Below are positions 16,564 through 27,320 of a stretch of 59,213 nucleotides of DNA, piece after piece. The notes beneath the pieces were generated by a model. The model made no database searches, was not told the origin of the DNA, and was given only the letters and a program-made list of their open reading frames with translations. The stretch is taken from positions 1 to 59,213 of the forward strand of contig JAYKGY010000056.1 in NCBI GenBank assembly GCA_035285545.1, given 5' to 3'. Every line of letters begins with the position of its first letter. The first letter of the stretch is position 1. Source of the DNA: Snowella sp. Its GTDB lineage: Bacteria; Cyanobacteriota; Cyanobacteriia; Cyanobacteriales; Microcystaceae. The position numbers and the translations under genes are program-made.

Positions 16564-18453
16564 ATGCGAAACTTTTTTCTTTTTAAGAGAGCTAAGAAAA
16601 GGTGGTCAAACATTCCTACTGCCTATCGTGGGGCAATGATTATTGCCATTCCTGGGGTCTTTTTGTTGTTGACCTTGGGATTTTGGATTTCTACCCAACA
16701 AACCAAAGCGGCACTCGACAAAAAAATTGACACCCAACAGCAAATTATTGATCAAAGTAATCGTATTTTAATTACTTTATTAAATGCAGAAACAGGGATT
16801 CGAGGTTATATCATCACTCGTGATAAACGCTTTCTAGAACCCTATGATGCGGCCCTGGCTTATCGCACCATTCCTTTAACCAAACTCAAGGAATTAGGCG
16901 TTAACGATGTTCAGTTTATTCGCCAGCTTGAAAAGATGGTCAATCAACGGCTAGAGATTTTGTCTCAAGTGTTGACCCTGACGGATTCTCCCCAGGCGCG
17001 TCCTCAGTTATCCGCAGAAAAAATCGACATTATTTATGAAAGCAAAGAGGCAATGGATAGTATTCGCCACAATCTTGCTTATTTAGAGGCTGAAAAACAG
17101 CAATTATTAAGTAAACAAAAAATTCAACTGGAAAATGTACAAGCATTTACCCTCTCGTTTCAGTGGGCGGCGGCTTTTGTCAGCTTGGTCGCCTATTTAG
17201 GAGCCATCAAACTGTTAAATCAATTGCATCAACATTTGCGCGATCGCGAAGAAGAACTCCAGGAAAGTAAGACGTTAATTAGTACCATTACCACCAATGT
17301 GGTAGATAGCGTCGTCACGGTCAATTCCCAAGGAAAAATGGAAACCTTTAACCAGGCAGCCGAAAAAGTTTTTGGCTATTCCCAGCAAGACGCGATCGGA
17401 AAAGATGTTGCGCTGTTGTTGATCGATCCCCGCAGTCCAGTGGAAACCCAACAATTAGAAATTCAAAGTCTAACCCCTTTTTTGTTGGCCCTGACCCACA
17501 CTTGGCAAACGATCGCCTATCGCCACACAGGAGATTCTTTTCCCGTGGAAATTTCCGTCAGTAAGATGGATATTGATGGTTATTTTCTGGTGATTATTCG
17601 GGACATCACCGAAAGTGAAGACGCAAAAGCCAAACTCCAAATGCGGGCCGATGAATTGACTCGTTTAAGTATGGTGCTCGCCGCCACCAATTTAACCTTA
17701 GAAAAGCAAAATCAAGAATTAGATAAATTTGCCTACGTCGCCTCCCATGATCTCAAAGCCCCCCTCCGCGCGATCGCGAACCTATCGGAATGGATCGAAG
17801 AAGATCTCCAGGGGCAATTTTCCCTCGAAAGTCAATATCAAATGAAACTACTCCGGGGACGAGTTTATCGCATGGAAGCCCTCATCGATGGACTCTTAGC
17901 CTATTCCCGTGTCGGTCAAATGCAACTCTTTCCTGAAAAGGTAGACGTAGGAGCGTTATTGGAAAATATCGTTCAATCCCTATCGCCGCCCCCCTCTTTT
18001 ACCATCACCATCCAGCACCCCATGCCGACCCTCCGCACCAAGCGAGTCTTGCTCCAGCAGGTTTTCTTTAACCTCATCGACAATGCCATTAAGCATCACC
18101 ACCAAATCGCTGGAAAAATTCGTATTTCTGTAGAAGAGGGCAACGAATGTTATCAATTTTCGGTCACTGATGATGGGCCAGGCATTACGCCCATGTTTCA
18201 TGAACGCATTTTTACCCTTTTTCAAACGCTGCAACCCCGTGACGTAAAGGAAACCACCGGCATTGGCCTCGCTGTCGCCAAAAAAATTGTAGAAACCGAA
18301 GGTGGAAAAATTTGGCTCGAATCCCAAGACGGTCAAGGCTCCACTTTTTTCTTTACCTGGCCCAAAGAATCCCTATCCCAAACCCTACCCCAATCCTATC
18401 AGGAAGGGTTAATCCATTGGCCAACAGACGGAATCTCGGCTACCCCAAACTGA
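16564..18453 (+). CDS. Membrane sensor histidine kinase (CHASE3, PAS, HisKA, HATPase)
   Basis: Two TM helices flank LLNAETGIRGYIITRDKRFLEPY (CHASE3). PAS segment FNQAAEKVFGY; H-box SHDLKAPL. Confidence 0.94.
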   Translation: MRNFFLFKRAKKRWSNIPTAYRGAMIIAIPGVFLLLTLGFWISTQQTKAALDKKIDTQQQIIDQSNRILITLLNAETGIRGYIITRDKRFLEPYDAALAYRTIPLTKLKELGVNDVQFIRQLEKMVNQRLEILSQVLTLTDSPQARPQLSAEKIDIIYESKEAMDSIRHNLAYLEAEKQQLLSKQKIQLENVQAFTLSFQWAAAFVSLVAYLGAIKLLNQLHQHLRDREEELQESKTLISTITTNVVDSVVTVNSQGKMETFNQAAEKVFGYSQQDAIGKDVALLLIDPRSPVETQQLEIQSLTPFLLALTHTWQTIAYRHTGDSFPVEISVSKMDIDGYFLVIIRDITESEDAKAKLQMRADELTRLSMVLAATNLTLEKQNQELDKFAYVASHDLKAPLRAIANLSEWIEEDLQGQFSLESQYQMKLLRGRVYRMEALIDGLLAYSRVGQMQLFPEKVDVGALLENIVQSLSPPPSFTITIQHPMPTLRTKRVLLQQVFFNLIDNAIKHHHQIAGKIRISVEEGNECYQFSVTDDGPGITPMFHERIFTLFQTLQPRDVKETTGIGLAVAKKIVETEGGKIWLESQDGQGSTFFFTWPKESLSQTLPQSYQEGLIHWPTDGISATPN

Positions 18454-18474
18454 AATTGGGATTGATCACGACCT

Positions 18475-18579
18475 TACAGCACTTTGCTTAATCACAGCGT
18501 ACAAATAAAAACTTGAAATGTTTATGAAGCAGGACTTTCAGAGGAAAAACCATGTATCAAGATCTCGGTCAGTGCTGTA
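18475..18579. mobile_element. MITE-like element, 105 bp, with TACAGCACT terminal inverted repeats
   Basis: TACAGCACT at 18475-18483 and its exact reverse complement AGTGCTGTA at 18571-18579. TA at both ends, as in IS630/Tc1-type target duplication. Non-coding. Confidence 0.6.
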
Positions 18580-19213
18580 TTGGTGATCTTGATGGCTATT
18601 AGCAGTTCTTCATTTTAGGCAAAACACCGCCCCGAATCAGTTTGCCAGGTAAACGAGATGGCGTAATTCATCCTTCAAATTCAATTTTTCTCTGATGTCT
18701 CGCTTTGTCATTCTAATGGGATAAAAGCAAAATTATAATCTGTTTCTCAAGGCGTACAAGATGGGCTTTTCTTTCATCCTATAATGTCAATACCCCAATC
18801 CTTTGAATTAGGAAATTATACAAAATTTTATTACTCTTATTTTCTATTGAAAAAAGCATTGATTTTTTGCCAATCCTAAAACAATCTTTTCTAAGAATTG
18901 GAATATTTAAATCAATCTTCACTAATTTTCAGCTTTTTGTTAGGGTTACCTCAGTTAACTAAAATTCATAAAAGAAAAAGGAAACAAAGCAAACAATCGA
19001 TCTATATTGAATTATCCATATTTCTCTCGATAGTTTTTCTATTTAACATAGAGATTTATTTATAAAGATTCAGTAGGATCAAGAAATTTCTTCATACTTT
19101 CAATTAACTTTAACTAAGGGTTTTAAAAGTAAAATTATTCACATAACTCCTTCGATATTGTGCTAGATTACAAACAGATTTCCCCTGTAATTATTCCAAC
19201 TCGCCAGGTTTCT

Positions 19214-19663
19214 ATGGAGGATTTGACGTTTAATATTCTCTTAGTAGAAGACGATGAAGTTGATATTATGAATGTCAAAAGAGCATTCAAAAAAATCAAT
19301 GTATCGAGTACGCTCTTTCTTGCATCTGATGGATTAGAAGCCTTAGCCCTGTTGCGGCAGGAGCAAGATCCATCCGATTCCTTCGATTCTTCTAATAAGA
19401 TCAGTATTAATCGACTCCTCATTCTGTTGGATTTAAATATGCCCAAAATGAATGGGATTGAGTTTTTACGGGAACTGAGAGCGGATGAAAAATTAAAAAG
19501 TCTTCCGGTGGTCGTTTTAACAACCTCTAATCAAGAACAAGACCGCGTAGAAGCCTATCAATTTAACGTGGCAGGTTATTTAGTTAAACCAGTCGTTTTC
19601 AACAATTTTGTCGAAACAATGGCCGCGTTTAGCCAGTATTGGAAACTCTGCAAAATGCCCTAA
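19214..19663 (+). CDS. Single-domain response regulator, Rcp1-like
   Basis: ILLVEDD...ILLDLNMPKMNG...VVVLTTS...YLVKP...YW. Likely ATG at 19214 (ORF track start 19160). Confidence 0.92.
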   Translation: MEDLTFNILLVEDDEVDIMNVKRAFKKINVSSTLFLASDGLEALALLRQEQDPSDSFDSSNKISINRLLILLDLNMPKMNGIEFLRELRADEKLKSLPVVVLTTSNQEQDRVEAYQFNVAGYLVKPVVFNNFVETMAAFSQYWKLCKMP

Positions 19664-19670
19664 AGAAATC

Positions 19671-20810
19671 ATGCCAGAAATTTTAAAAATTTTAATTGTC
19701 GATGATGATGAAATTGATCGTATGGCGGTTCGTCGCGCTTTAAAGTTGGTGGATGGGACGATGGAAATCACCGAAGCGGAAGATTCTGCCTCGGCAAGCC
19801 TAGCGTTTAATGCTCAGGATTTTGACTGTGCCTTTATTGATTACCGTTTACCCGATACGGATGGACTAGAACTGATTCGTAGATTGCGCGGCGGCGGAGT
19901 GAAAACACCGTTGATTGTGTTAACGGGTCAGGCGGATGACCAGATTGCGGTAGATCTGATGAAAGCAGGGGCTTCAGACTATCTTTCTAAGTACAAAATT
20001 TCTCCTGCGGGTTTAATTAAAACATTGCAAAATGCGATTCGGATTCATCAAGCCGAACAGGAAGCGGCGATCGCCAATGAACAAAAAATTGAGTTAGCTA
20101 GGCAAAAGGATGATTTTGTGTCCCGCATGACCCACGATCTTCGCACCCCCTTGGTCGCGGCCAATCGAATGTTAGAAATGTTTCAAGGCGGACTGTATGG
20201 AGAAATTTCGCCTGAAATGAAAGAGGCCATTCAAGCTATTATTCGCAATAATCAAAATTTGCTGGAAATGGTGAGTAATTTACTCGAAGTTTATTGCCAT
20301 GAAGCGGGGGAAAAACGGCTTAATTTAACCACTTTAACCTTAGCGGATATTATTTACGAAGTTGTGCGCCATCTCAAGCCCCTAGCGGATGACAAAAATG
20401 TGAAATTAGTAATTGAAGAAGTCCCTACAGGTTCCGATCCGGTTAAGCTCCTGATCAATGGCGATCGCTTAGAGTTGCAACGGGTTTTTATGAATCTCAT
20501 TGGCAACGCTATCAAATTTACAGACGAGGGCTGGATTCGAGTACGGCTCACCGAAGCCAATCCCCGCAATCCTTGGATTAAAATTGAAGTCCAAGATACG
20601 GGGGCAGGCATTTCCCCCAGCGATCGCGCCTCCCTCTTTGAACGTTTCCATCAAGGCAAGCATCGACGCTCCACCAGTGGGCTAGGGCTATACCTGTCTC
20701 GACGCATCATCGAAGCCCACAATGGCACCATTGAAGTTGAGTCAGAAGTCAATCAAGGCAGCACCTTTACCGTTTTTCTCCCTTCTGCCCATCACCATGA
20801 GAAATTTTAG
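19671..20810 (+). CDS. Hybrid kinase (N-terminal REC + HisKA + HATPase)
   Basis: ILIVDDD...FIDYRLPD receiver; THDLRTPL H-box; NLIGNAIKFT, DTGAGI and GLGLY. ATG at 19671 lies just after the upstream stop. Confidence 0.93.
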   Translation: MPEILKILIVDDDEIDRMAVRRALKLVDGTMEITEAEDSASASLAFNAQDFDCAFIDYRLPDTDGLELIRRLRGGGVKTPLIVLTGQADDQIAVDLMKAGASDYLSKYKISPAGLIKTLQNAIRIHQAEQEAAIANEQKIELARQKDDFVSRMTHDLRTPLVAANRMLEMFQGGLYGEISPEMKEAIQAIIRNNQNLLEMVSNLLEVYCHEAGEKRLNLTTLTLADIIYEVVRHLKPLADDKNVKLVIEEVPTGSDPVKLLINGDRLELQRVFMNLIGNAIKFTDEGWIRVRLTEANPRNPWIKIEVQDTGAGISPSDRASLFERFHQGKHRRSTSGLGLYLSRRIIEAHNGTIEVESEVNQGSTFTVFLPSAHHHEKF

Positions 20811-20840
20811 CAGTCTCCCTTGTGCCATAACTTTTGAATA

Positions 20841-20920
20841 GCCCCTAAATCCCGCAATTCTGGTGGACTTTCAACCATTGGAACTTCTAAATTCTCCCCA
20901 AATTTGGGTAGCTAGGGGGC
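20841..20920. repeat. Palindromic cyanobacterial interspersed repeat (degenerate) between convergent genes
   Basis: Imperfect terminal inverted repeat GCCCCTAAATCCCGCAATT ... AATTTGGGTAGCTAGGGGGC with internal hairpins. Resembles the common CCCCTAAATCCCCCAATTCTGGGGGACTT repeat family. Confidence 0.55.
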
Positions 20921-20932
20921 AAAAAAGCGAAA

Positions 20933-21886
20933 TTACAATAAGGCCAATTCCCCGATCACTTCTAAGCGAGTATAGTCACTCAGGGTCATAAACTGATCGG
21001 ATAACAATTCTGCCACCCTGGGTTCAATCCAGCCCATCTGTTGCAAGAGGTGGATTGCTGCTGCATATTTAGCCCGTTTAGCACCATCAGTGACCTTAAT
21101 CGCCAGTCCCATCCCTTCTCCGACTCGTGCAATACATTGAATGCCCTCTGCACCGGATTTACTGACAATTTCTCCTTCTGTTAAACGCATTAACTCGGTA
21201 TCAAAAGAACCATCTGCCGCAACCAAACGAGGATAGTAGGTCATAGCCCGAATGACCCGTTCTAGGTCTAATTGATTGCCTGAAGCGAGTTGGGCGTATA
21301 AATGGGCCATCTGCCCCAGTTGCATAAAATAGGTCGGCGCACCACAGTCATCATGGGCATAAATTAATTCTGCGCCAGGCATCCCCAGCAGTTCCGCCAC
21401 TTTATTCAAAATCAATTGCTGGATCGGATGGGAGGGATTGAGATAGGACTTTAGGGGCCACTGACGTTGCTTACAAACCGCTAACATCCCCGCGTGTTTC
21501 CCAGAGCAATTATTTTGTAAGGCATTTTGTTTGCCAGGGGGAATAGGGCATTGCAAAGCACTCGGATCAATATCGGCTCGCCAAAGGACATTAAACACCT
21601 GACGGCACTGTTCTGTGGTGCCATGATGGGAACTACAAATAATGGCTAAATCCTTATCGGTCAGCCCAAAACGCTCTAGGGTTCCGGTTCCGGTGACAGC
21701 AAACGCCTGGAAGGGTTTCAGCGAGGAACGAACAAAAGCCGCAGTTTCTGCACTGCCTGCAACCGATAAGATACGACCCCGATCATCACAAACGGTCACT
21801 TCAGCATGGTGAATGGATTCGACGATGCCTTCTCGTAACAGGTGAATTTCTAGACTAGGGGCTTGGGTGCGTTTTCCTCTGCTCAT
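20933..21886 (-). CDS. L-asparaginase II family protein
   Basis: RSSLKPFQA, CSSH, NNCSGKHAGML and SKSGAEG motifs. Confidence 0.93.
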   Translation of the reverse strand: MSRGKRTQAPSLEIHLLREGIVESIHHAEVTVCDDRGRILSVAGSAETAAFVRSSLKPFQAFAVTGTGTLERFGLTDKDLAIICSSHHGTTEQCRQVFNVLWRADIDPSALQCPIPPGKQNALQNNCSGKHAGMLAVCKQRQWPLKSYLNPSHPIQQLILNKVAELLGMPGAELIYAHDDCGAPTYFMQLGQMAHLYAQLASGNQLDLERVIRAMTYYPRLVAADGSFDTELMRLTEGEIVSKSGAEGIQCIARVGEGMGLAIKVTDGAKRAKYAAAIHLLQQMGWIEPRVAELLSDQFMTLSDYTRLEVIGELALL

Positions 21887-21952
21887 GCGTTTTCGATGAA
21901 TTACTGTAAGTAAGTTTAAGCTGAATCTAGGGGCAAATTATCAGAATTTTTT

Positions 21953-22480
21953 CTAAAGACTTAGCCAGATGAGACTATCCAGACCAATTAAGGCGATCAG
22001 CACTAGGCCAGTTCGGGTCAGTCGCTGTAAAACAGGGTTAATTTGATAGGTGACAATGAGGCGATCGCGGGCGAGAATTTCAGGGGGTTTGGCCCAAATT
22101 TGACCATCATACCAGCCGGATTCTTCGTAGATGACCTTATCCGCTTGTAGGCGATCGCGGATGTAATACCACCCCAAAAGAATACGAATTAACACCAAAG
22201 CCACCAACAACATCGCTCCTAAACCGGCCGCTAAGACAAAGAAAACAGGCTTTTTCAACGGATAAAAACTTGCCGCCGCAATGGGACTCACTAAAATCCA
22301 ACCGAACAGGAATACCCCAAATAATCGACGGCCATAGGCAAAACGCTCTAAGGTTGCCCAACAACAGAGCCAGGACTCTTTTAGCGTTTCATATTCATTG
22401 ACAGGCTGTTGCTCTAAAGGAACAGGACAAAACGTGGATGAAGAATCAGGCTTCATAGAATTTGCGAAATTTCGAGACAT
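21953..22480 (-). CDS. CGLD27/Ycf36 (DUF1230) membrane protein
   Basis: CPVPLEQQPVNEY and YEESGWYDGQIWAKP motifs. Confidence 0.92.
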   Translation of the reverse strand: MSRNFANSMKPDSSSTFCPVPLEQQPVNEYETLKESWLCCWATLERFAYGRRLFGVFLFGWILVSPIAAASFYPLKKPVFFVLAAGLGAMLLVALVLIRILLGWYYIRDRLQADKVIYEESGWYDGQIWAKPPEILARDRLIVTYQINPVLQRLTRTGLVLIALIGLDSLIWLSL

Positions 22481-22490
22481 TCAGAAAGAG

Positions 22491-22922
22491 TTAAACGTTT
22501 TCAACAGGATTAAACGCTTCTAGGGGAATTCGTTCCGCATGGCTCCAAAAGGCTTCTAAGTTGTAAAAGGAGCGTTCCTGGGGCATAAAGATATGGACAA
22601 TCACATCCCCATAGTCCTGTAGAATCCACGATCCGTCATTCTGTCCAGAGGTATGGTTGGGGGTTTTACCGTAGCTTTCTTCCACTTTGTCTTCGATATT
22701 ACTGGCGATCGCGCGGACTTGGGTACGAGAAAAACCGGACACAATGACAAAATAATCCGCTAAATAGGAAACATCCGCCACTTTTAGCACAACCATATCA
22801 TCGGCTTTGCGATCATCAGCGGCCTGGGTAATTGTCCAGACTAAATTTTCAGGGGAAAACGGCAAATTTTGCGTTATCGGGGCATTAGTTGAAGAAGGGG
22901 AAAATAAAGAAAGATCGGTCAT
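22491..22922 (-). CDS. rsfS: Ribosome silencing factor RsfS (Iojap)
   Basis: DRKADD...[10 protein letters not shown]...[14 protein letters not shown]...FYNLEAFW. Likely ATG at 22922. Confidence 0.95.
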   Translation of the reverse strand: MTDLSLFSPSSTNAPITQNLPFSPENLVWTITQAADDRKADDMVVLKVADVSYLADYFVIVSGFSRTQVRAIASNIEDKVEESYGKTPNHTSGQNDGSWILQDYGDVIVHIFMPQERSFYNLEAFWSHAERIPLEAFNPVENV

Positions 22923-23031
22923 GCAGGCTGTAAATTCCTCAGTAAAAAAGAACGGGAACAATCACGCAAATCGGAAAAAGCAACAAATTGTCCTTACTGT
23001 TGATCATAGCGAGAGGCTTGACAATCTGGGT

Positions 23032-23598
23032 TTATTTCAATAATTGTAACGCCCAATTTCGCGTGAGAATGACACGGGGATGGATAGTGACTTGATGATT
23101 CAGCAAATATTTCAATGAATAGTCACAGGTCTGCTGTACGCTTTTATACAAGTCTTTTTTGCTAGTTTGACGCATTTTCTCCAATTCTTCACTGTTACCG
23201 CGCTTCGGTTCGAGGGCATCGGCCACAAAAACAAGACAGGCGAGTTTCCCCATTCCTGGGCTGCCTAACGTATGACAACGAATGGCCTCTAGGATTTCTC
23301 CATCTTTTACCCCAAATTCCCGTTGGGCCACCACCTCACTGACATCGGCGTGTAATAAATGGGGATTCACCCGACAGACTTCATCAATTTCAATCCCCGC
23401 TTCGTTGGCGATCGCTAATAAACGGGGGGGCGGAAAAAATTTAGCCAAATCGTGCATTAATCCCGCCTGAGCAGCTTTATCCGGGTCAACACCATGCTTA
23501 CGGGCTAACTTGGCACTGAACTTTTCCACTTCTAGAATATGTTCCAACCGATGGGGTGAAACATTGTCTTTTAACCAGTGGATGACTGCTTCCCGCAT
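23032..23598 (-). CDS. yqeK: YqeK-family HD hydrolase (Ap4A hydrolase)
   Basis: RLEHIL...LMHDLAK...HLLHA...HTLG...VADALE; adjacent to rsfS. Confidence 0.9.
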   Translation of the reverse strand: MREAVIHWLKDNVSPHRLEHILEVEKFSAKLARKHGVDPDKAAQAGLMHDLAKFFPPPRLLAIANEAGIEIDEVCRVNPHLLHADVSEVVAQREFGVKDGEILEAIRCHTLGSPGMGKLACLVFVADALEPKRGNSEELEKMRQTSKKDLYKSVQQTCDYSLKYLLNHQVTIHPRVILTRNWALQLLK

Positions 23599-23635
23599 AG
23601 GCTAAATGGGTAAGGCTCTCTTAATACCAACCCTC

Positions 23636-24154
23636 CTAATCCTTGGCAATCAGGAAAGTCGGTTGGGGCACTCGTGACCGAATCACTAAACGGCGATCGG
23701 GTTCCTGTCCTTGGCTTTCCGTTTCTAAATCGGGATCATTTTGGATAAAGGCGTGAATCTGGCGACGTTCTGCCGAAGAAAGGGAGGCAATTTCTACCGG
23801 AAATCCACTGGCCTTGACTCTTTGGATGGCTTCCTGGGCGATCGCTAATAATTCAGCCTGTCGCCGCAACCGATAACCTGCAAGCTCAACAATAAAGGTT
23901 TGATGCTGGTCTGCTTCTAATCCCAAATTCATCAGGGTATTCGCCAAATATTGAATCGAATCAATTCCGTGGCCTTTTTCCCCCAATAGGGCTTGGATCT
24001 GCTCAGGGGTTAACGCCGTTTCGTCAATGATTAACCAAACGCCCGCCGTCATTTCGTTAGCGGCTTTGGTCTCGACCGTAACCTGAGCGGCAACCCCTAT
24101 TAATTTCAACAGGTCTTCTAGCCAGCTTTTGGCGCGTTCCATCGATTGCTCCAT
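23636..24154 (-). CDS. jag: Jag/EloR-like RNA-binding protein (KH + R3H)
   Basis: SSAERRQIH R3H motif and GQEPDRRLVI; downstream of yidC. Confidence 0.9.
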   Translation of the reverse strand: MEQSMERAKSWLEDLLKLIGVAAQVTVETKAANEMTAGVWLIIDETALTPEQIQALLGEKGHGIDSIQYLANTLMNLGLEADQHQTFIVELAGYRLRRQAELLAIAQEAIQRVKASGFPVEIASLSSAERRQIHAFIQNDPDLETESQGQEPDRRLVIRSRVPQPTFLIAKD

Positions 24155-24221
24155 GATGCTTCTGTCTTCTATTTTGTAATAACGATTTGCTGGTTACAAA
24201 GTTAGGATGAACTTCAACAAA

Positions 24222-25370
24222 CTAGGAAGTTTTCTCTTTTTTCTTTCCTTTTTTTTCAAAGGGGAGAGTATCCCGTTCTTGGCTTGCTTTTTCTTGCTGC
24301 TCCACCAGTTTTTGAAGATTTTCGGGTAAGGGTTCCCGCATTAAAATCACGGTTTGCAGGGTTTGGAAAACGTTGGCCAAAACAATGTACATCAGCACCC
24401 CAGCCGGAAGCGGGAAAAAGAGGAACATGGCACTAAAAATCACGGGGGTAATCTTATTGACCGTTTGTTGCTGTTGAGCAGCCGCATTGGGGGAGCCGCC
24501 CGACGCACCGGATAATTCCTGGTTGATATAGATACTAAAGCCAAAGAAGATGATCATACCCAGAATGTCCCAGTTGATCTCGCCGTTTTCTCCCGTTACG
24601 CCCACTTGACCCAGGGCTTTAATAAACAAGAATCCGGTCTTAGCGGCAATGCCTGGGGTGGTGACTTGAATGGTGGCATCTCCAGGCGCGATCGCTTCTA
24701 GGGTTCCATCGGGATTAACTTTGACCCGTTCTTCCCCTTTCGTGACGCTATAGGTGGGATGAATCGGTTCTTCCGCACTGGAGGAGGTTAATTGATTAAA
24801 CGGCTTTCCTTCAGGGGTTTGGAGTTCAATTTTGGCTTTATCCCCAATCCCTAAAATATTGCCACCAGGTAAAAAAGCAGCGATCGGATAATGCAGTCCA
24901 TCGTTAATGTAAATATTTTGAGGTTTGGTGGAATAGGTTTGGGGAACCACCCGTTCAATCTGTTCTTTCGGTAAAACCTGAACATCAACGGTGTAATTAA
25001 TATCGGAAAATGGCGATCCGCGTAAGGTGGCAAAGAGAGCAAACAGAATCGGCATCTGGAGCAGTAGGGGTAAGCAGCCCGCTAGGGGATTGCCAAATTC
25101 CTGCATGAGCTTGGCCATTTCCTCTTGCTGCTTGGCCGGATCGTCCTTATAGCGGCGTTGAATTTCCTCTTGCCGTTCCTTCATCAAAGGCTGCGTGATC
25201 CGCATTTTTCGCATATTCCGAATCTGACCCGCACTCAAGGGGTACAAACCTAAACGGACAACCAACGTCAGGGCGACGATCGCAAACCCATAGCTGTGCA
25301 CAATACCATAGAAAAAATCTAGGATTGGCAACATAATATTTGTCGAGATAAAACCGATACCGAAATCCAT
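24222..25370 (-). CDS. yidC: Membrane protein insertase YidC
   Basis: [16 protein letters not shown] and PLPAGVLMY motifs; operon context. Confidence 0.97.
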   Translation of the reverse strand: MDFGIGFISTNIMLPILDFFYGIVHSYGFAIVALTLVVRLGLYPLSAGQIRNMRKMRITQPLMKERQEEIQRRYKDDPAKQQEEMAKLMQEFGNPLAGCLPLLLQMPILFALFATLRGSPFSDINYTVDVQVLPKEQIERVVPQTYSTKPQNIYINDGLHYPIAAFLPGGNILGIGDKAKIELQTPEGKPFNQLTSSSAEEPIHPTYSVTKGEERVKVNPDGTLEAIAPGDATIQVTTPGIAAKTGFLFIKALGQVGVTGENGEINWDILGMIIFFGFSIYINQELSGASGGSPNAAAQQQQTVNKITPVIFSAMFLFFPLPAGVLMYIVLANVFQTLQTVILMREPLPENLQKLVEQQEKASQERDTLPFEKKGKKKEKTS

Positions 25371-25498
25371 TCGCTTAACTCTCTGAGCCGTTTAATAAAA
25401 TAAATACGTTTCTGTATAACGATACTGAAACCAGAAGTTTAATCGTTTACTTAAAAATTTGGGATTAGGGAATTAACACCACAAACCCCTTAAAATCC

Positions 25499-25897
25499 TT
25501 AATTATTGCTCGTAATTGCTTCCAAGGGACGGCCAGTTTTAGCAGAGACTCGTTCAGCCATATAATCATAAACTTCTCTGAACTTGGGAACGGCTCGCAT
25601 TTCTAAACGACTTTTATCATTGAGCGTTACCACAATGTCTCCCCACAAACCAATCCCACGAGGTACTTTTACAATTTTACTGACTTCGCCGTAAACAATG
25701 TCTGTGCGATCGCGGCCCATCCACCCCCCTGTTACCGAAATTCGGCGATCCGTAATCTTATAACGGAGCCAAATCGCACGAACAACGGCAGCAATGGTCA
25801 AGGGTAAACAAATGACGGTAAAACCCAACAAAATATTGATGATTAAATCACCCATGTGGGGGCCACCTTCATAATACGTCGTCTCTCTAATGCCCAT
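25499..25897 (-). CDS. Bacterial PH-domain membrane protein
   Basis: YYEGGPH.GDLI...[11 protein letters not shown]; the conserved cyanobacterial gene between rnpA and yidC. Confidence 0.88.
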   Translation of the reverse strand: MGIRETTYYEGGPHMGDLIINILLGFTVICLPLTIAAVVRAIWLRYKITDRRISVTGGWMGRDRTDIVYGEVSKIVKVPRGIGLWGDIVVTLNDKSRLEMRAVPKFREVYDYMAERVSAKTGRPLEAITSNN

Positions 25898-26243
25898 GAT
25901 TCATTAACTCAGCTTTGTTAAATAACTGCTCTAATTCTCGCAAAAAATGTTCATATTTGCACACAACCGCATTGGGCAAAACCACGACAATAATATTCCA
26001 GCCAGGGCAAATATCTGGCAAAAGGCCATAAATAATAGCTCGAATTTGCCGTTTAATTCGGTTGCGAACCACTGCTTTTTTACTCACTTTTTGGCTAACG
26101 GTAATGCCAAAGCGACTGATCGGAAGGCTAGAATCCCGAAGAACACGAAGTATGAGGTGAGACTCCCGATAACGTTTACCTTGTTGATAAACGGACTGAA
26201 AATCTTGCCAGTGTTTAAGTCGAATAGCTTTGGGTAATCCCAC
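25887..26243 (-). CDS. rnpA: Ribonuclease P protein component
   Basis: [25 protein letters not shown] signature. Confidence 0.96.
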   Translation of the reverse strand: MGLPKAIRLKHWQDFQSVYQQGKRYRESHLILRVLRDSSLPISRFGITVSQKVSKKAVVRNRIKRQIRAIIYGLLPDICPGWNIIVVVLPNAVVCKYEHFLRELEQLFNKAELMNHGH

Positions 26244-26289
26244 ACTTAACCTAAGTTTAAAAAATTCATCGATTCACAGCCGGATGACG

Positions 26290-26427
26290 TTAGAGAGAAA
26301 GCTGATGGCGGCCTTTGCTGCGTCTTGCTTGAATCACTTTACGACCATTGACTGTCCGCATACGGGCACGAAACCCAGAGGTTCTTTTTTGTTTACGGTT
26401 GGTTCCTTCTAAGGTTCGCTTCGTCAT
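26290..26427 (-). CDS. rpmH: 50S ribosomal protein L34
   Basis: Hand translation: [45 protein letters not shown] (45 aa, missed by the ORF track). GGAGG SD upstream. Confidence 0.97.
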   Translation of the reverse strand: MTKRTLEGTNRKQKRTSGFRARMRTVNGRKVIQARRSKGRHQLSL

Positions 26428-26594
26428 AATTGTCTTCCTCCATAAAATACACAGTCTCTAATATTACCATTCTCTGTCCGGTATTTCACAGTCTGCTTTA
26501 GTCTTTTGAAGCCTAGTCAGCAGTCCTTTAAGCGCACAAAATCGGGAATATCAAGAAAAACTGGCAATTTAAAATATTTTATAGAAATAAATCG

Positions 26595-27143
26595 TTAGGA
26601 GCGGCTAATACTGATAATCCAGGTTCCAAGATACAGTCTTACGGGAATATCTCCAGAAGCCAAGGCATCGGCGACAAAATAGTAGGTTCCCATATCTGGA
26701 TTGGTAACATTAGAGAGAACAATCTCCACTTTAGTATTGGGGGGAATGGCTTCTTCGGGAGTAATTTCTAAAAAGCGGCTTTCTTTGTCCCAAATAACAC
26801 TTTTTAAGGGAACGGATTTGTCTTTGAGCCGAATTTCTATACTATCGGTTCTAAATAGACCATCAAAGTTTTTGGGATAGGAAATAAAAAATTTACTAGC
26901 CCCTTGGGTCAGTTTTTTGGAAGGAATGTAGAGCTTATAGCGATCGCGCTGATTGGGTAAGCCATTGAATTGGAGAAAGTATTCGAGAATATCTTTTCTT
27001 TCGACACCGCTAAAAATGGTTAATCCAGAGTTTCCCCCTGCCAAAGTCAGGGTGGGGACAGCAGCAACCAAGCAGCTAGAAATGGCTAATAGGCTCAGTA
27101 ACCATCGAGAAGAGAGAGTGAAGCGTTTGCGGAGACTAATCAT
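26595..27143 (-). CDS. DUF2808 domain protein (secreted)
   Basis: Signal peptide, GLTIFSGV, V.LSNV.NP..G.Y.F and YLGTW motifs; usual neighbour of rpmH in cyanobacteria. Confidence 0.8.
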   Translation of the reverse strand: MISLRKRFTLSSRWLLSLLAISSCLVAAVPTLTLAGGNSGLTIFSGVERKDILEYFLQFNGLPNQRDRYKLYIPSKKLTQGASKFFISYPKNFDGLFRTDSIEIRLKDKSVPLKSVIWDKESRFLEITPEEAIPPNTKVEIVLSNVTNPDMGTYYFVADALASGDIPVRLYLGTWIISISRS

Positions 27144-27320
27144 AGCTTGAGCAATCTTAAAAAATAGAGATTTGTACTTAGGAATGGTTTGATGATTTTA
27201 CCCTAACATAGGTTTTCACCGAGAATAAAAGGGCTTGAACCAGCCTTATAACTGTCTGTTGAGCGTAAGAGAGAGAAGACAGGGCAGAAGCGAAGGATGA
27301 ATTTAAGGTCGATTAATGAC

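Noticed and set aside
24600..25010. Large soluble insertion in YidC as a novelty
   Set aside because: A lumenal/periplasmic insert at this position is typical of cyanobacterial YidC.
24222..26600. rpmH-rnpA-yidC-jag as a marker of oriC
   Set aside because: No dnaA/dnaN and no DnaA-box cluster upstream of rpmH. This block is commonly unlinked from oriC in cyanobacteria.
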